DNA from: an uncultured Chitinophagales bacterium
GTDB lineage: Bacteria > Bacteroidota > Bacteroidia > Chitinophagales > S012-47
Assembly: GCA_964422925.1 (NCBI GenBank)
Contig: CAYRDC010000015.1
Coordinates: 675-64,674 of the forward strand
Length of the DNA stretch: 64,000 nucleotides
Direction: 5' to 3'
Shown here: positions 38,374 to 48,109 of the stretch, piece by piece
Numbering within the stretch: the first letter of the stretch is position 1
Layout: every line of letters begins with the position of its first letter
Program-made: the position numbers and the translations under genes
Notes under the pieces: generated by a model
Told to the model about the DNA's origin: nothing
What the model saw: only the letters and a program-made list of their open reading frames with translations
Databases searched by the model: none

Positions 38374-39630
38374 TTGAATAAGCCCTTGGCTACAACCGAA
38401 ACATCCGATGTAGGTCAGCTACAAAAAAAGCTCCGGATCAAACAACTGGAAGTTAATTCACTGCTGGAAGTTACCCAGGCCATAAACAATAATCTTTCAG
38501 CAGACAAGCTGTTCCGTATCTATGAGTTTATCCTCAGAGCTCAGATCTCGGTGGAGCGCATGAGCGTTTATATCAAGGACAAGGAGTTTTACTGCGTTTG
38601 CCAATATGGTTTGGACAATCCGCCTGACCATGATACAGTAATCCGGGAATTACTGAAATACCGGAAGTTGACCATATTGGAAAACGATTATAAAGGGATG
38701 CTGAAGGATTATGATATCATCATCCCTGTGTTCCACAAAGACCAGCCCTTGGCTTACGCCTTACTGAGCAAACCGGTCATTGATATGTATGAAACCCTGG
38801 ATGAAAAAATCAAGTTTATCCAGACCATCACCAATATCATTGTGGTTGCCATTGAAAACAAACGGCTCTTCCGCCTGCAAATCGAGCAGGAACGCTTGAA
38901 ACAGGAACTGGAACTGGCCGGCCAGGTGCAGTCGCATCTCATTCCCAAGGAGTTGCCGGACAACGATTTCATTCAGATGGCGGCCATTTACCTTCCGCAC
39001 CGGAACATCGGGGGAGATTATTACGATTATATTGACCGCAATGAAGAAGAACTGGTTTTTTGCATAGCCGATATTTCCGGAAAGGGAGTGGCAGCCGCCA
39101 TTCTGATGGCGAATTTCCAGGCTATTCTGCGGACTCTTATCAAAGACATGGATAACCTGGTGGAATTCATCCATCGATTAAATGAGCGGGTCCTTGAAAT
39201 AACCCGGGGCGAAAAATTCGTCACCTTGTTTATTGTACGTTATTTCAAAAAAACCCGGGAACTGGAATATGTCAATGCCGGGCATAACCCCAGCGTGCTG
39301 ATCCGTGGCGGTAAGGTGGAAATGCTGGAATCCGGCTGCACCATCCTGGGGATGTTTGACCCCCTGGGGGAAGTCGAGCGCGGGCATATCAAGCTCGGGA
39401 AGGAAGACGCCATTTTGCTGAATTATACAGACGGCCTGACAGACCTCGAAAACGAAAACGGGGAAAGTTTCAAAATAGAACGCCTGCTGGCTTTCCTCAA
39501 CGACCATTACGGCAACGATATGAACGAGCTGAACAACCGCCTGATGAATGCTATCATGGATTTCAAAGGCAGACAACCTTTCGTGGACGATATCAGTGTG
39601 TTAAGCTGTCGGTTTAAGCGCCCGCTTTAA
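38374..39630 (+). CDS. SpoIIE/RsbU-like PP2C phosphatase with an N-terminal GAF-like region
   Basis: IGGDYYD, IADISGKG, NAGHNP, YTDGLTD, DDISV. Confidence 0.9.
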   Translation: MNKPLATTETSDVGQLQKKLRIKQLEVNSLLEVTQAINNNLSADKLFRIYEFILRAQISVERMSVYIKDKEFYCVCQYGLDNPPDHDTVIRELLKYRKLTILENDYKGMLKDYDIIIPVFHKDQPLAYALLSKPVIDMYETLDEKIKFIQTITNIIVVAIENKRLFRLQIEQERLKQELELAGQVQSHLIPKELPDNDFIQMAAIYLPHRNIGGDYYDYIDRNEEELVFCIADISGKGVAAAILMANFQAILRTLIKDMDNLVEFIHRLNERVLEITRGEKFVTLFIVRYFKKTRELEYVNAGHNPSVLIRGGKVEMLESGCTILGMFDPLGEVERGHIKLGKEDAILLNYTDGLTDLENENGESFKIERLLAFLNDHYGNDMNELNNRLMNAIMDFKGRQPFVDDISVLSCRFKRPL

Positions 39631-41046
39631 CTGCAGGTGGCAGTTGACCAAAATGGCCAGGCAGGTAAAGAAAAAGGGCCCCACCTTGGGAGTTTCAATC
39701 AAATCGCTGAGCATGGTTTGCACAAAGATGGCAGTAAGGCAAAGGATAACGGCTAAAATCCATTGCTGCAGCACGGGATCGCTACTGAGCCGGTAAATCT
39801 TCTCCCCGTAGAAAAACATGGCCACCAATAACACGAAAAACAGCAGGAAACCCGGCAGGCCTTGTTCGACCAGCATCAGCAACAGGTAATTGTGAACAGT
39901 CGATTTTTCCTTGTTATCGCTGACATAGGTCCGGAAATCATTTACCGTATAGGCTTTGTAATAGGGGTAAAAATTGCCGGGGCCGAAACCCGTGAGGGGC
40001 CGGTCGCGAAACATGTACCAGGCAGCAATCCAACGATATACGCGTTCCGCGGAAGATACATCGCTCATGGCAATAGTGGCTTCAAGGTGCCCGCTCAGGC
40101 TTTTATGGTAAATGGTTTTTTCATAATCGGGTGAAAAGTTCAGGTACCGGTTGTTCCAGAGAAAAAACGTGATGACTGCCGCCAGTACTAGCCCGCCCCC
40201 GAGAGCCGTGATTTTCAGCAGGCGCCACCGGATAATCCATTGTATAGCGATCATAGCCCCAACGGCCAGCCAGGCGCCCCGTGTGTAGCTGAAATAAATT
40301 CCGGCCAACATGATCAATAACCCCGCGTTGATCACCATCCGTGTCCAGCTTCCTTCCGCGTACCATTTGCGCGCATACCAGACAAAAGGCAAAACCAGCG
40401 TCAGCATGGCGGCATAGCTGACATGATTCTTGAAATATGGCGTTACGGTCCGGTTCACCAGGTCAAATTCAAATCCGTAAGCCGCGTGCCGGGCAATGGT
40501 AATTACCGTGAGGATGACAAGGGGAATGAAAACAGCCCAGAAAACCGGCTTGAAATCTACGGGGCGTTTCAGGATTACCCCGCCCATAAACAGGAACACA
40601 CCCACGTACCAAAGTTTGGCCAGCAGAAATTTAAAGGAGTAAATGAAAGCCACGGAATACATCAATAAAAAGGCAGCCCAAACGATTTGCGCCAGTACCA
40701 GCAGAATCAGCGGATGTTTCCAGAAGCCATTTTCAAGGGCATCCGGACGGATGAGCAAATAAATGACAATCACCAGCAACAAACCCACCATCAAAGGTTC
40801 TGCCGGCAGGTCAACCGACATGCCGTTGGAAAAGGTGTAATGAATGGATAGCGGCAGGCTGAAGAAGAGGAACAGGTAAATTTTTCTGAAATCCAGTATA
40901 GCAGCGGTCACAATCAAAACCACTGCGGGAGCCAGCATGAGCATTTCTTCTTTTAGAAGAATGGCCGAAAAAAGGCTGAGAAGCGTCAGGGCCGCAAAGC
41001 CCCACAGCCATTTTTTGATTACCCGGTCAGAGGCAATGTTAGGCAT
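39601..41046 (-). CDS. O-antigen ligase family protein (WaaL/Wzy_C-like)
   Basis: Multi-TM; SYTRGAW, ERVYRW, GFGPGNF, HNYLLLMLVEQG. Confidence 0.85.
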   Translation of the reverse strand: MPNIASDRVIKKWLWGFAALTLLSLFSAILLKEEMLMLAPAVVLIVTAAILDFRKIYLFLFFSLPLSIHYTFSNGMSVDLPAEPLMVGLLLVIVIYLLIRPDALENGFWKHPLILLVLAQIVWAAFLLMYSVAFIYSFKFLLAKLWYVGVFLFMGGVILKRPVDFKPVFWAVFIPLVILTVITIARHAAYGFEFDLVNRTVTPYFKNHVSYAAMLTLVLPFVWYARKWYAEGSWTRMVINAGLLIMLAGIYFSYTRGAWLAVGAMIAIQWIIRWRLLKITALGGGLVLAAVITFFLWNNRYLNFSPDYEKTIYHKSLSGHLEATIAMSDVSSAERVYRWIAAWYMFRDRPLTGFGPGNFYPYYKAYTVNDFRTYVSDNKEKSTVHNYLLLMLVEQGLPGFLLFFVLLVAMFFYGEKIYRLSSDPVLQQWILAVILCLTAIFVQTMLSDLIETPKVGPFFFTCLAILVNCHLQLKRALKPTA

Positions 41047-41929
41047 TCCGGATTCCATTGCGAATCTCACGAAACTGTTCAAATATCAATATGCTGAACA
41101 CCGCAAATAGAAAACCTAGGAAGGTAGCGCTTACCACGATCAGCCAGCGTACGGGGCGGCTTTTCCGGTCGGCCGGCTTGGCTTCCTCTATCACAAACAA
41201 CGAGGAAAATTCATTGTTTGCCGAAAATTCATACTGATCTTTCAGGGTGCGTAGGTTGTTGTAATCCTTCACCACTTTGCTCGTTGTTTTCCGGAGGATA
41301 GTATAGTGAATATCTGTCGTATCCGAAAAGCTGGCCAGGCTGTCGGTCAGGCGCAGCAGTTCTTTTTCTTTGGCTTCAAGCTGGTCCCGGATATTTTCCG
41401 AGATCGTTTTGTACCGGTCTGTTACCATGCCCGTGTACAACCGATCGGTCCGGTTCATGATATAATTGGCCATTTCGGCTGCCACCAGCGGGTCACGGTC
41501 CCAAACTGATACTTCAATGTTGCCCAGTTCAGTGCGCACGGCCTTGTAGTTGGATAAAAATTCGCGGATCACCTTGGAATGCCATTTCGGGCTGCTGGTG
41601 TCAATGCCATAGCGTTCTGCCAAGTTAAATCGATAGATTACATCGCCAATAAGGTCGGAAGAACGGGTTACCGCCAGCATGCGGCTTACATCTTCCTTGC
41701 TTCCGAAATAGTTCAGCACCTTGTCGCTGCTTTCCGTACTGAATAATATGACCCGATCAAAAGTGGCAATATTGGACGGGTAAAATATAGCCGTGGACTT
41801 ATAATAATTGGGCAGCAACAGAGAAATAACCGTGCTGCCCACAGCTGCCAGCACGGTTAGAATGATTAGATATTTTCTCCAGCGCCATAGCTTTCCGAAC
41901 AAACCGACCAGATTTTCCTGTGAAACCAT
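41039..41929 (-). CDS. Wzz-like chain-length determinant / polysaccharide copolymerase
   Basis: TM helices at both ends, YYKSTAIFYP, KSRPVRWLIV. Confidence 0.8.
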   Translation of the reverse strand: MVSQENLVGLFGKLWRWRKYLIILTVLAAVGSTVISLLLPNYYKSTAIFYPSNIATFDRVILFSTESSDKVLNYFGSKEDVSRMLAVTRSSDLIGDVIYRFNLAERYGIDTSSPKWHSKVIREFLSNYKAVRTELGNIEVSVWDRDPLVAAEMANYIMNRTDRLYTGMVTDRYKTISENIRDQLEAKEKELLRLTDSLASFSDTTDIHYTILRKTTSKVVKDYNNLRTLKDQYEFSANNEFSSLFVIEEAKPADRKSRPVRWLIVVSATFLGFLFAVFSILIFEQFREIRNGIRNA

Positions 41930-41977
41930 AAAAATGTAAGTTTTTGCAAAGCTAAAAAATTCACCGCAGGGTGGTTT

Positions 41978-43420
41978 TCAGGCCCGGGCCGGTTGATCCA
42001 GCCAGTCTTTTATCCTGAGTATTCCGGTCAGGAAACCCAACAGCAGCGAGGCGGCAAATCCGGCAGCAGCCGCAATGAACCAATGAACCGGCAGGAATGA
42101 AGACAAATAAAACAGAACAGGAATCAGGACCAGGCCTGAAACAAGCGGAAAAACACGCATGAATGGTGTCCTCAGCCGGAATAGATAGATAACAAGGGTT
42201 ACCTGTACCAGGGCAATTCCCCATTGGGTTACCAGGGTGGCCACGGTAGCTCCCAAGGCCCCGTAGCCGGGAATCAGCATCGCGTTCAGGGCAATGTTTA
42301 CGACCACTCCGCTTAAGGCCAGGATATTCATTTTTTTGAGTTCACCGGCCGCTGTAAGCAAGGTGCCGAAAATGTACATGGTACTGACTCCCGGAAAACA
42401 TATCATCAGCCAGGAAAACACCCTGGCCCAATACGCGTCCGCTTCGTGGTAAAGCAGGTGCATCACCGGTCCGGCAAATACCACACAAAAAGAGGCAATG
42501 GAAATGGAAAGGACCAGGATATTGCCATAGGAAACCCGGAGCAGGCCCCGGATGGGGATTTGTTTTTTAAGCATGCGGGAAAACATGGGTAGCAATATGG
42601 TGGCAAACGCGAAACCGGCCATGTTCACCGCGTCCAATATGCGGTAGGAGGCGGCATAAATACCGGCTTCCTGCGGGCCGTCATTGCCCAGCATGCGCTC
42701 CAGCATTACACCATCGATGCGGTTATAAATTGACATGAGCAGTCCCAGGGTGGCAAACGGCAAAGCGTATCGCAAAACTCTTTTGAACAAACGGTAATCC
42801 CAGCGGAAGGACAGCGATCCGGCTTTCCAGCGTACGGCTCCAAAGGCCAGAACCGTGGTGACTCCGTAAGCAATGCTTTGCCCGTAAACCAGCCATTCGA
42901 TCCGGAAAGGCTGTCCGGGATAACCTCCCCAGATCATCACCGAAAGTATGGCAATCATCAGCACCTTATCCGTTACTGATAGCAAAGCATCCAGCCTGAA
43001 ATGGTGCAAAGCGCTGATGTTGGAGCGGAAATAGAGGATGAAGGAAATGAGTATCTGGTTCAAAGCCAGGAACGCCAGCAGGTGCAGCGAAAAACCGCTG
43101 AACCCAACCAAACGGGCAATGGCAAAGGTAACCAGCAGGTAAAGGACCGCCAGCAGGAACTTGGCTATGAAGATGTTGGGCAGCAGGTGTTTTACCAGCG
43201 ATTCGTGCCGCGCCACAGCGCGGTTGTTAAAAGCGTTTATGCCAAAGTCCAGGATAATGTGGAAGAGAAAGGAGAAGTTGAAAATGGCGAAGTAGGCTCC
43301 GTACGTGCCCGTGCCCACCAGGTTCTGGACGGTACGGTCAATGCCGAAAATCCAGAAAGGTTTAACCAGCAGGTTTACCAGGATGAGAAAAGCCAGGTTT
43401 AGGAGGAATTTACGCTTCAT
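41978..43420 (-). CDS. Wzx-like polysaccharide flippase
   Basis: About 12-14 TM; YGAYFAIFNFS, DFGIN, AGIYAASYRILD, YGALGA. Confidence 0.88.
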   Translation of the reverse strand: MKRKFLLNLAFLILVNLLVKPFWIFGIDRTVQNLVGTGTYGAYFAIFNFSFLFHIILDFGINAFNNRAVARHESLVKHLLPNIFIAKFLLAVLYLLVTFAIARLVGFSGFSLHLLAFLALNQILISFILYFRSNISALHHFRLDALLSVTDKVLMIAILSVMIWGGYPGQPFRIEWLVYGQSIAYGVTTVLAFGAVRWKAGSLSFRWDYRLFKRVLRYALPFATLGLLMSIYNRIDGVMLERMLGNDGPQEAGIYAASYRILDAVNMAGFAFATILLPMFSRMLKKQIPIRGLLRVSYGNILVLSISIASFCVVFAGPVMHLLYHEADAYWARVFSWLMICFPGVSTMYIFGTLLTAAGELKKMNILALSGVVVNIALNAMLIPGYGALGATVATLVTQWGIALVQVTLVIYLFRLRTPFMRVFPLVSGLVLIPVLFYLSSFLPVHWFIAAAAGFAASLLLGFLTGILRIKDWLDQPARA

Positions 43421-43473
43421 GCCTACCGGGTAAAAGTAATTAAATAGCATTAGATTTGAGCAGCACTGCGCGT

Positions 43474-44604
43474 ATGAGAATAGCGGTTAACACGCGGTTA
43501 TTGCTCCCTGGCAAACTGGAGGGAATCGGATGGTTTACTTATGAAACCTTGCAACGCATCGTCAGGAGTCACCCGGAACATGAATTTCATTTCTTATTTG
43601 ACCGTCCCTATAGCCGTGAATTCCTTTTTGGCCCCAATGTAACGGGCCATGTCATTCCACCCCCGGCCCGCCACCCACTGCTTTGGTATCTGTGGTTTGA
43701 ATGGTCCCTCCCGGGAAAGCTCAAACGGATTAAGCCGGATGTATTTTTATCTCCGGACGGATTCCTGAGCCTGAAATGCCGGGTCAAAACCCTGATGGTA
43801 ATGCATGACATTGCCTTTGAGCATATGCCGCAAAATGTGCCGCTCCTGGTTCGCTGGTATTACCGTCATTTCTCACCGCGGTACGCGGCAAAAGCTACCC
43901 GTATTCTCACGGTCTCGGAATTTTCGCGGAAAGACATTGCAGAGCGGTATAGCGTTCCCCTTGGAAAGATTGACGTGGCGCCTAATGGGGTCAGCAACAT
44001 ATTCCAGCCCCTGTCACAGGATGAGCAGTTGGCCATCCGAAGCGCCTGGACAGACGGATTGCCTTTTTTTCTGTTTGTATCGGCCCTACAGCCACGGAAA
44101 AATTTGCCGGGATTGCTGAAAGCCTTCGACCGGTTCCGCGCCAGGAACCCGGAGGCTAAAGTGAAATTGTTGATTGTGGGAAGCCGGTATAAGATGCATG
44201 CGCAGATTGAAAAAACCCTTAAGGAGATGAAATTCGCGGAGAATGTGGTAATGGCCGGGCACATGGACCGGGAAACCCTGGCCGCGGTCACCGCTTCGGC
44301 TATGGCCATGGCTTACGTGTCTTACCTGGAAGGATTTGGTATCCCCATCCTGGAAGCCATGAAAAGCGGCACCCCGGTGATCTGCTCCAATACCTCCAGC
44401 ATGCCGGAAGTGGCCGGAGGGGCCGCGCTTTTGGTGAATCCTCATAACCCGGATGATATGGCCAATGCTCTGGAAAAAATCTGGAAAAACAGTAACCTGC
44501 GCACGGAACTGGTGCGGAAAGGCCTTGCCCGGGCGAGGGATTTTACCTGGAACGTCTCCGCTGAAAAAGTATGGCAGGCCCTGATGAAGACGGTTGACAG
44601 CTAA
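43474..44604 (+). CDS. Glycosyltransferase family 4 (GT-B)
   Basis: TVSEFSRKDI, PRKNL, EGFGIPILEAM. Confidence 0.92.
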   Translation: MRIAVNTRLLLPGKLEGIGWFTYETLQRIVRSHPEHEFHFLFDRPYSREFLFGPNVTGHVIPPPARHPLLWYLWFEWSLPGKLKRIKPDVFLSPDGFLSLKCRVKTLMVMHDIAFEHMPQNVPLLVRWYYRHFSPRYAAKATRILTVSEFSRKDIAERYSVPLGKIDVAPNGVSNIFQPLSQDEQLAIRSAWTDGLPFFLFVSALQPRKNLPGLLKAFDRFRARNPEAKVKLLIVGSRYKMHAQIEKTLKEMKFAENVVMAGHMDRETLAAVTASAMAMAYVSYLEGFGIPILEAMKSGTPVICSNTSSMPEVAGGAALLVNPHNPDDMANALEKIWKNSNLRTELVRKGLARARDFTWNVSAEKVWQALMKTVDS

Positions 44605-46088
44605 TGGGATTGATTGTCCAGGAAACGGACGGTTTTTTCAATGTCCCGGTACAAAACCCTGTCAGCAGACAAAGGCGGAACCACCGTCCGGTAATTCCGC
44701 AGGAAAGCTTCTATCACGCTTCCGCTCTGCATGGGCCTTCTGAACTCCATGGCCTGGGCTGCTGTCAGCAATTCGATGGCCAGGATTTTTTTCAGGTTCT
44801 CCATGATGCGGATGGCTTTGTTGGCGGCATTGGCTCCCATGCTCACATGATCTTCCTGGCCGTTGCTCGAAGGAATGGAATCGGCCGAAGCCGGATAGCA
44901 TAATTGTTTGTTTTCACTCACGAGGGCGGCAGCGGTGTACTGTGGAATCATCAGGCCGGAATGCAGCCCGGAATTTTTGACCAGGAAGGGGGGAAGGTCC
45001 CTTTCCCCGGAAAGCAGCTGGAAAGTTCTTCTTTCGGAAATATTGCCCAGCTCGGCCAGGGCAATGCCCAGGAAATCCAGTGCAAACGCCAGGGGTTCTC
45101 CATGAAAATTGCCTCCCGAAAGGATTAGCCCTTCCTCCGGGAAAATGCTTGGATTGTCCGTAACACTGTTGATTTCCGTTTCGAGCGTTTGTCCGGACTG
45201 TTTTAATACATCCCGCACGGCACCGTGTACCTGGGGTATGCACCGGAAGCTGTAAGGATCCTGGATTTGCGATTTGGGCATACTGCATATAGAGCTGTCG
45301 CGGAGCAGCCAGCGGATATTGGCAGCTGTAATTTGTTGCCCTTCATGGGGACGTATGTGATGGATGAGTTCCGCGAAAGGTTCAATCCGGCAACACCAGG
45401 CATCCAGCGAAAGGGCGGCCACCATTTCCGCGATGGCAATGTAATTGGTGGCTTCGTTCAGGACATAAGCCAGGCAGGCTGACATATATTGCGTGCCATT
45501 GATCAGCGCCAGCCCTTCCTTCGACTGGAGGGATACAGGTTCCAACCCTTCCTGTCTGAGGGCCTCTGCGGCCGGTATGCGTTTGCCTTTGTACCAAACT
45601 TCTCCCAAACCGATCAAGGGAAGGCTCAAATGAGCCAGCGGGGCCAGGTCACCCGAGGCGCCCAGGCTTCCCTGAGTGTACACGACCGGCAGGATATCCC
45701 GGTTAAATAGCTTAATCAGCAAATCCATGGTTTCGGGGCTGATACCGGAATATCCCATAGCCAGCGACTGGATTTTCAGCGCCATCATCAGGCGCACCAC
45801 CTGGGCCGGTGCTTCTGGGCCTGTTCCGCAGGCATGTGACATCAGTAAATTATGCTGGAGCTCCCGTATCTGCCCCGCGGATATCCTGACATCACATAAA
45901 TCTCCAAAACCCGTGTTAATGCCGTAAAAGAGGTCATCCGATTCGCTTAACTTACGATCCAGGAAATCGCGGCTTTTTTTTACCCGCTCACTGGCCGCTT
46001 CGCTCAACCTGATTTCCGGGCCCTGCTGCAGGATTTCCAGGTCCGCCAGGGTTAACCGGTGGTCGCCTATGGTAAAGGATGCCGTCAC
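44601..46088 (-). CDS. hutH: Histidine ammonia-lyase
   Basis: YGINTGFG, GSLGASGDLAPL (MIO), QDPYSFRCIPQVHG, GGNFHG, QEDHVSMG. Confidence 0.97.
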   Translation of the reverse strand: MTASFTIGDHRLTLADLEILQQGPEIRLSEAASERVKKSRDFLDRKLSESDDLFYGINTGFGDLCDVRISAGQIRELQHNLLMSHACGTGPEAPAQVVRLMMALKIQSLAMGYSGISPETMDLLIKLFNRDILPVVYTQGSLGASGDLAPLAHLSLPLIGLGEVWYKGKRIPAAEALRQEGLEPVSLQSKEGLALINGTQYMSACLAYVLNEATNYIAIAEMVAALSLDAWCCRIEPFAELIHHIRPHEGQQITAANIRWLLRDSSICSMPKSQIQDPYSFRCIPQVHGAVRDVLKQSGQTLETEINSVTDNPSIFPEEGLILSGGNFHGEPLAFALDFLGIALAELGNISERRTFQLLSGERDLPPFLVKNSGLHSGLMIPQYTAAALVSENKQLCYPASADSIPSSNGQEDHVSMGANAANKAIRIMENLKKILAIELLTAAQAMEFRRPMQSGSVIEAFLRNYRTVVPPLSADRVLYRDIEKTVRFLDNQSH

Positions 46089-47431
46089 GTGTTTTGTAAT
46101 TTTTGGATGATGGATTCAATGGGCAGTTGTTCCTGGTTTCCTGTGGCCATATCCCGCAAACCGTATTTTTCCTCCTGCATTTCCGTTTCCCCAACGATGA
46201 CCACCCATGGAATACGGCCGGCATTAGCATATTTCATTTGTTTTTTCATTTTGGCCAGGTCCGGATACAGTTCCGAAGCAATGCCGGCCTCTTGGAGTTG
46301 TACCAGCAATCGCAATCCATGCGAGCGGGTGGTCTCGTCAAAATGCGCGATGAGCACCATGGGGCCCGAGCGGACCGTAGCCGGGAAAAGCCCCAGTTCT
46401 TCCATCACATCATAGATCCGTTCCAGGCCGAAGGATATGCCGACCCCCGGAACACCTTCCAGGCCGAACAGTCCGGTCAGGTTGTCGTAACGGCCGCCAC
46501 CGCAAATGCTTCCTATGCTTACGTCCCGTGCGCTTATTTCAAAAATGGTTCCGGTGTAGTAATTCAGCCCCCGGGCCAGGGTAAGGTCGAAAGAAAGGGT
46601 GGTGTGTTCGTGGCGGAAAGCGTTGAAAATGAATTCCAAGGCTTGCAGGCCCTGCTCTCCGCTTGCCTGTCCGCGAAGGGCATCGGCAGCTTTCTCCATG
46701 GGAGATATACCGTCATTAAGGAGTGTGGAGAGGAAATCTGTCAGCCCTTCCGGGAATCCTGTATCCCGCAGACCGGCACATACGCCATCGATTCCGATTT
46801 TGTCGGTTTTATCGAGCCAGGTGGTGAATTCCGTAAACCGGTTGCCGATCCCGAAGGTTTCTGCCAGGCCTTCCAGGATTTTCCGGTGGTTGAGCCGGAT
46901 GCGCACGGGAATTTTCAGGTCGCCCAGGGCCCTGTCAGCAATCCGGATTAGCTCCACCTCATTCATCAGGGAATCGCTGCCGATAATGTCCACGTCACAT
47001 TGCCAGAACTCCCGGTAGCGGCCTTTTTGCGGGCGGTCTGCCCGCCACACAGGTTGTATCTGGTAGCGCTTGAACGGAAAAGTGATTTCATGGCGGTGCA
47101 TGACCACGTAGCGGGCCAGCGGTACCGTCAGATCGTACCGCAACCCTTTTTCTGCGATATAGGATTGCAGTTTCCGGCTATCACCCGATTGCAAAATATC
47201 CGGTTTTACCCCGGATAGAAAATCCCCGCTGTTCAGAATCCGGAAAAGCAGTTTATCACCTTCTTCCCCGTACTTGCCCGTCAGGGTTTCCATCAGCTCC
47301 ATGGCCGGGGTTTCAATGGGATGGAATCCAAATAATTCAAAAACATGGCGCAGTTTCCCGGTGATGTACTGCCTGCGCAGCACCTGGACCGGGCCAAAAT
47401 CACGGGTTCCTTTGGGTATGGCAGGTTTCAT
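46085..47431 (-). CDS. hisS: Histidine--tRNA ligase
   Basis: LRYDLTVP, WRADRPQKGRYREF, LARGLNYYTG, GGGRYD. Confidence 0.97.
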   Translation of the reverse strand: MKPAIPKGTRDFGPVQVLRRQYITGKLRHVFELFGFHPIETPAMELMETLTGKYGEEGDKLLFRILNSGDFLSGVKPDILQSGDSRKLQSYIAEKGLRYDLTVPLARYVVMHRHEITFPFKRYQIQPVWRADRPQKGRYREFWQCDVDIIGSDSLMNEVELIRIADRALGDLKIPVRIRLNHRKILEGLAETFGIGNRFTEFTTWLDKTDKIGIDGVCAGLRDTGFPEGLTDFLSTLLNDGISPMEKAADALRGQASGEQGLQALEFIFNAFRHEHTTLSFDLTLARGLNYYTGTIFEISARDVSIGSICGGGRYDNLTGLFGLEGVPGVGISFGLERIYDVMEELGLFPATVRSGPMVLIAHFDETTRSHGLRLLVQLQEAGIASELYPDLAKMKKQMKYANAGRIPWVVIVGETEMQEEKYGLRDMATGNQEQLPIESIIQKLQNT

Positions 47432-47907
47432 GTTCTGTTTTTCCTGAGGGCAGACGGGGCATGTTGTTCAATCAGCGCGTTCGTGGCAATATCCAGCAGC
47501 TGGTACACCTGTTCAAACCCATCATCATCCCAGTAGGGATCGGGTACGCTGCGATGCTTGCCGGGATAAGGGATGTCAAGGAGTAGTTTTACCTTTTCCC
47601 GGTCTTTGTCGTTGCGGGCCAGGTCCATAACTTCCCGGTAGTTGGACTGGTCCATGGTTAGGATCAGGTCAAACCGGTCAAAATCACCCGCCCTGAACTG
47701 CCGGGCTCGTAAATCGCTGATATCCGTCCCGTGCAGGCGCATGGCCAACACCGCCCGCGCGTCCGGGGCTTCCCCTATATGCCACGAACCGGTACCGGCT
47801 GAATCCACTTCCCAATCAAGCCCGTATCGCCTGATCTTTTCCCTGAGTATTCCTTCGGCCATAGGCGACCGGCAAATATTGCCCAGGCAAACCATCAATA
47901 TCTTCAT
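47428..47907 (-). CDS. Low-molecular-weight protein-tyrosine phosphatase
   Basis: VCLGNICRSP, DSAGTG, VPDPYW. Confidence 0.95.
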   Translation of the reverse strand: MKILMVCLGNICRSPMAEGILREKIRRYGLDWEVDSAGTGSWHIGEAPDARAVLAMRLHGTDISDLRARQFRAGDFDRFDLILTMDQSNYREVMDLARNDKDREKVKLLLDIPYPGKHRSVPDPYWDDDGFEQVYQLLDIATNALIEQHAPSALRKNRT

Positions 47908-48109
47908 CCGGTAAAAATAGAAATTTTCAGTGCTGAAATGCACTTTGAAAATTCAAGCATGCTTTCCGCTTTTGCAGACTTTTACCCGGAATACTGTTTT
48001 TGCGGTCCGTACTACGGCCACCAATGAGTATGGCGCTTCAATAAGGCATTGCCGGACCTTTCGACTGAAAAAACCTGTACCTGCTGCAGGCTTACTAACT
48101 TTGTCCTGC

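Noticed and set aside
47930-48109. 60-aa N-terminal extension of MnmE in the ORF track
   Set aside because: The extension overlaps a divergent promoter region; the -7 box and family homology place the start at 48110.
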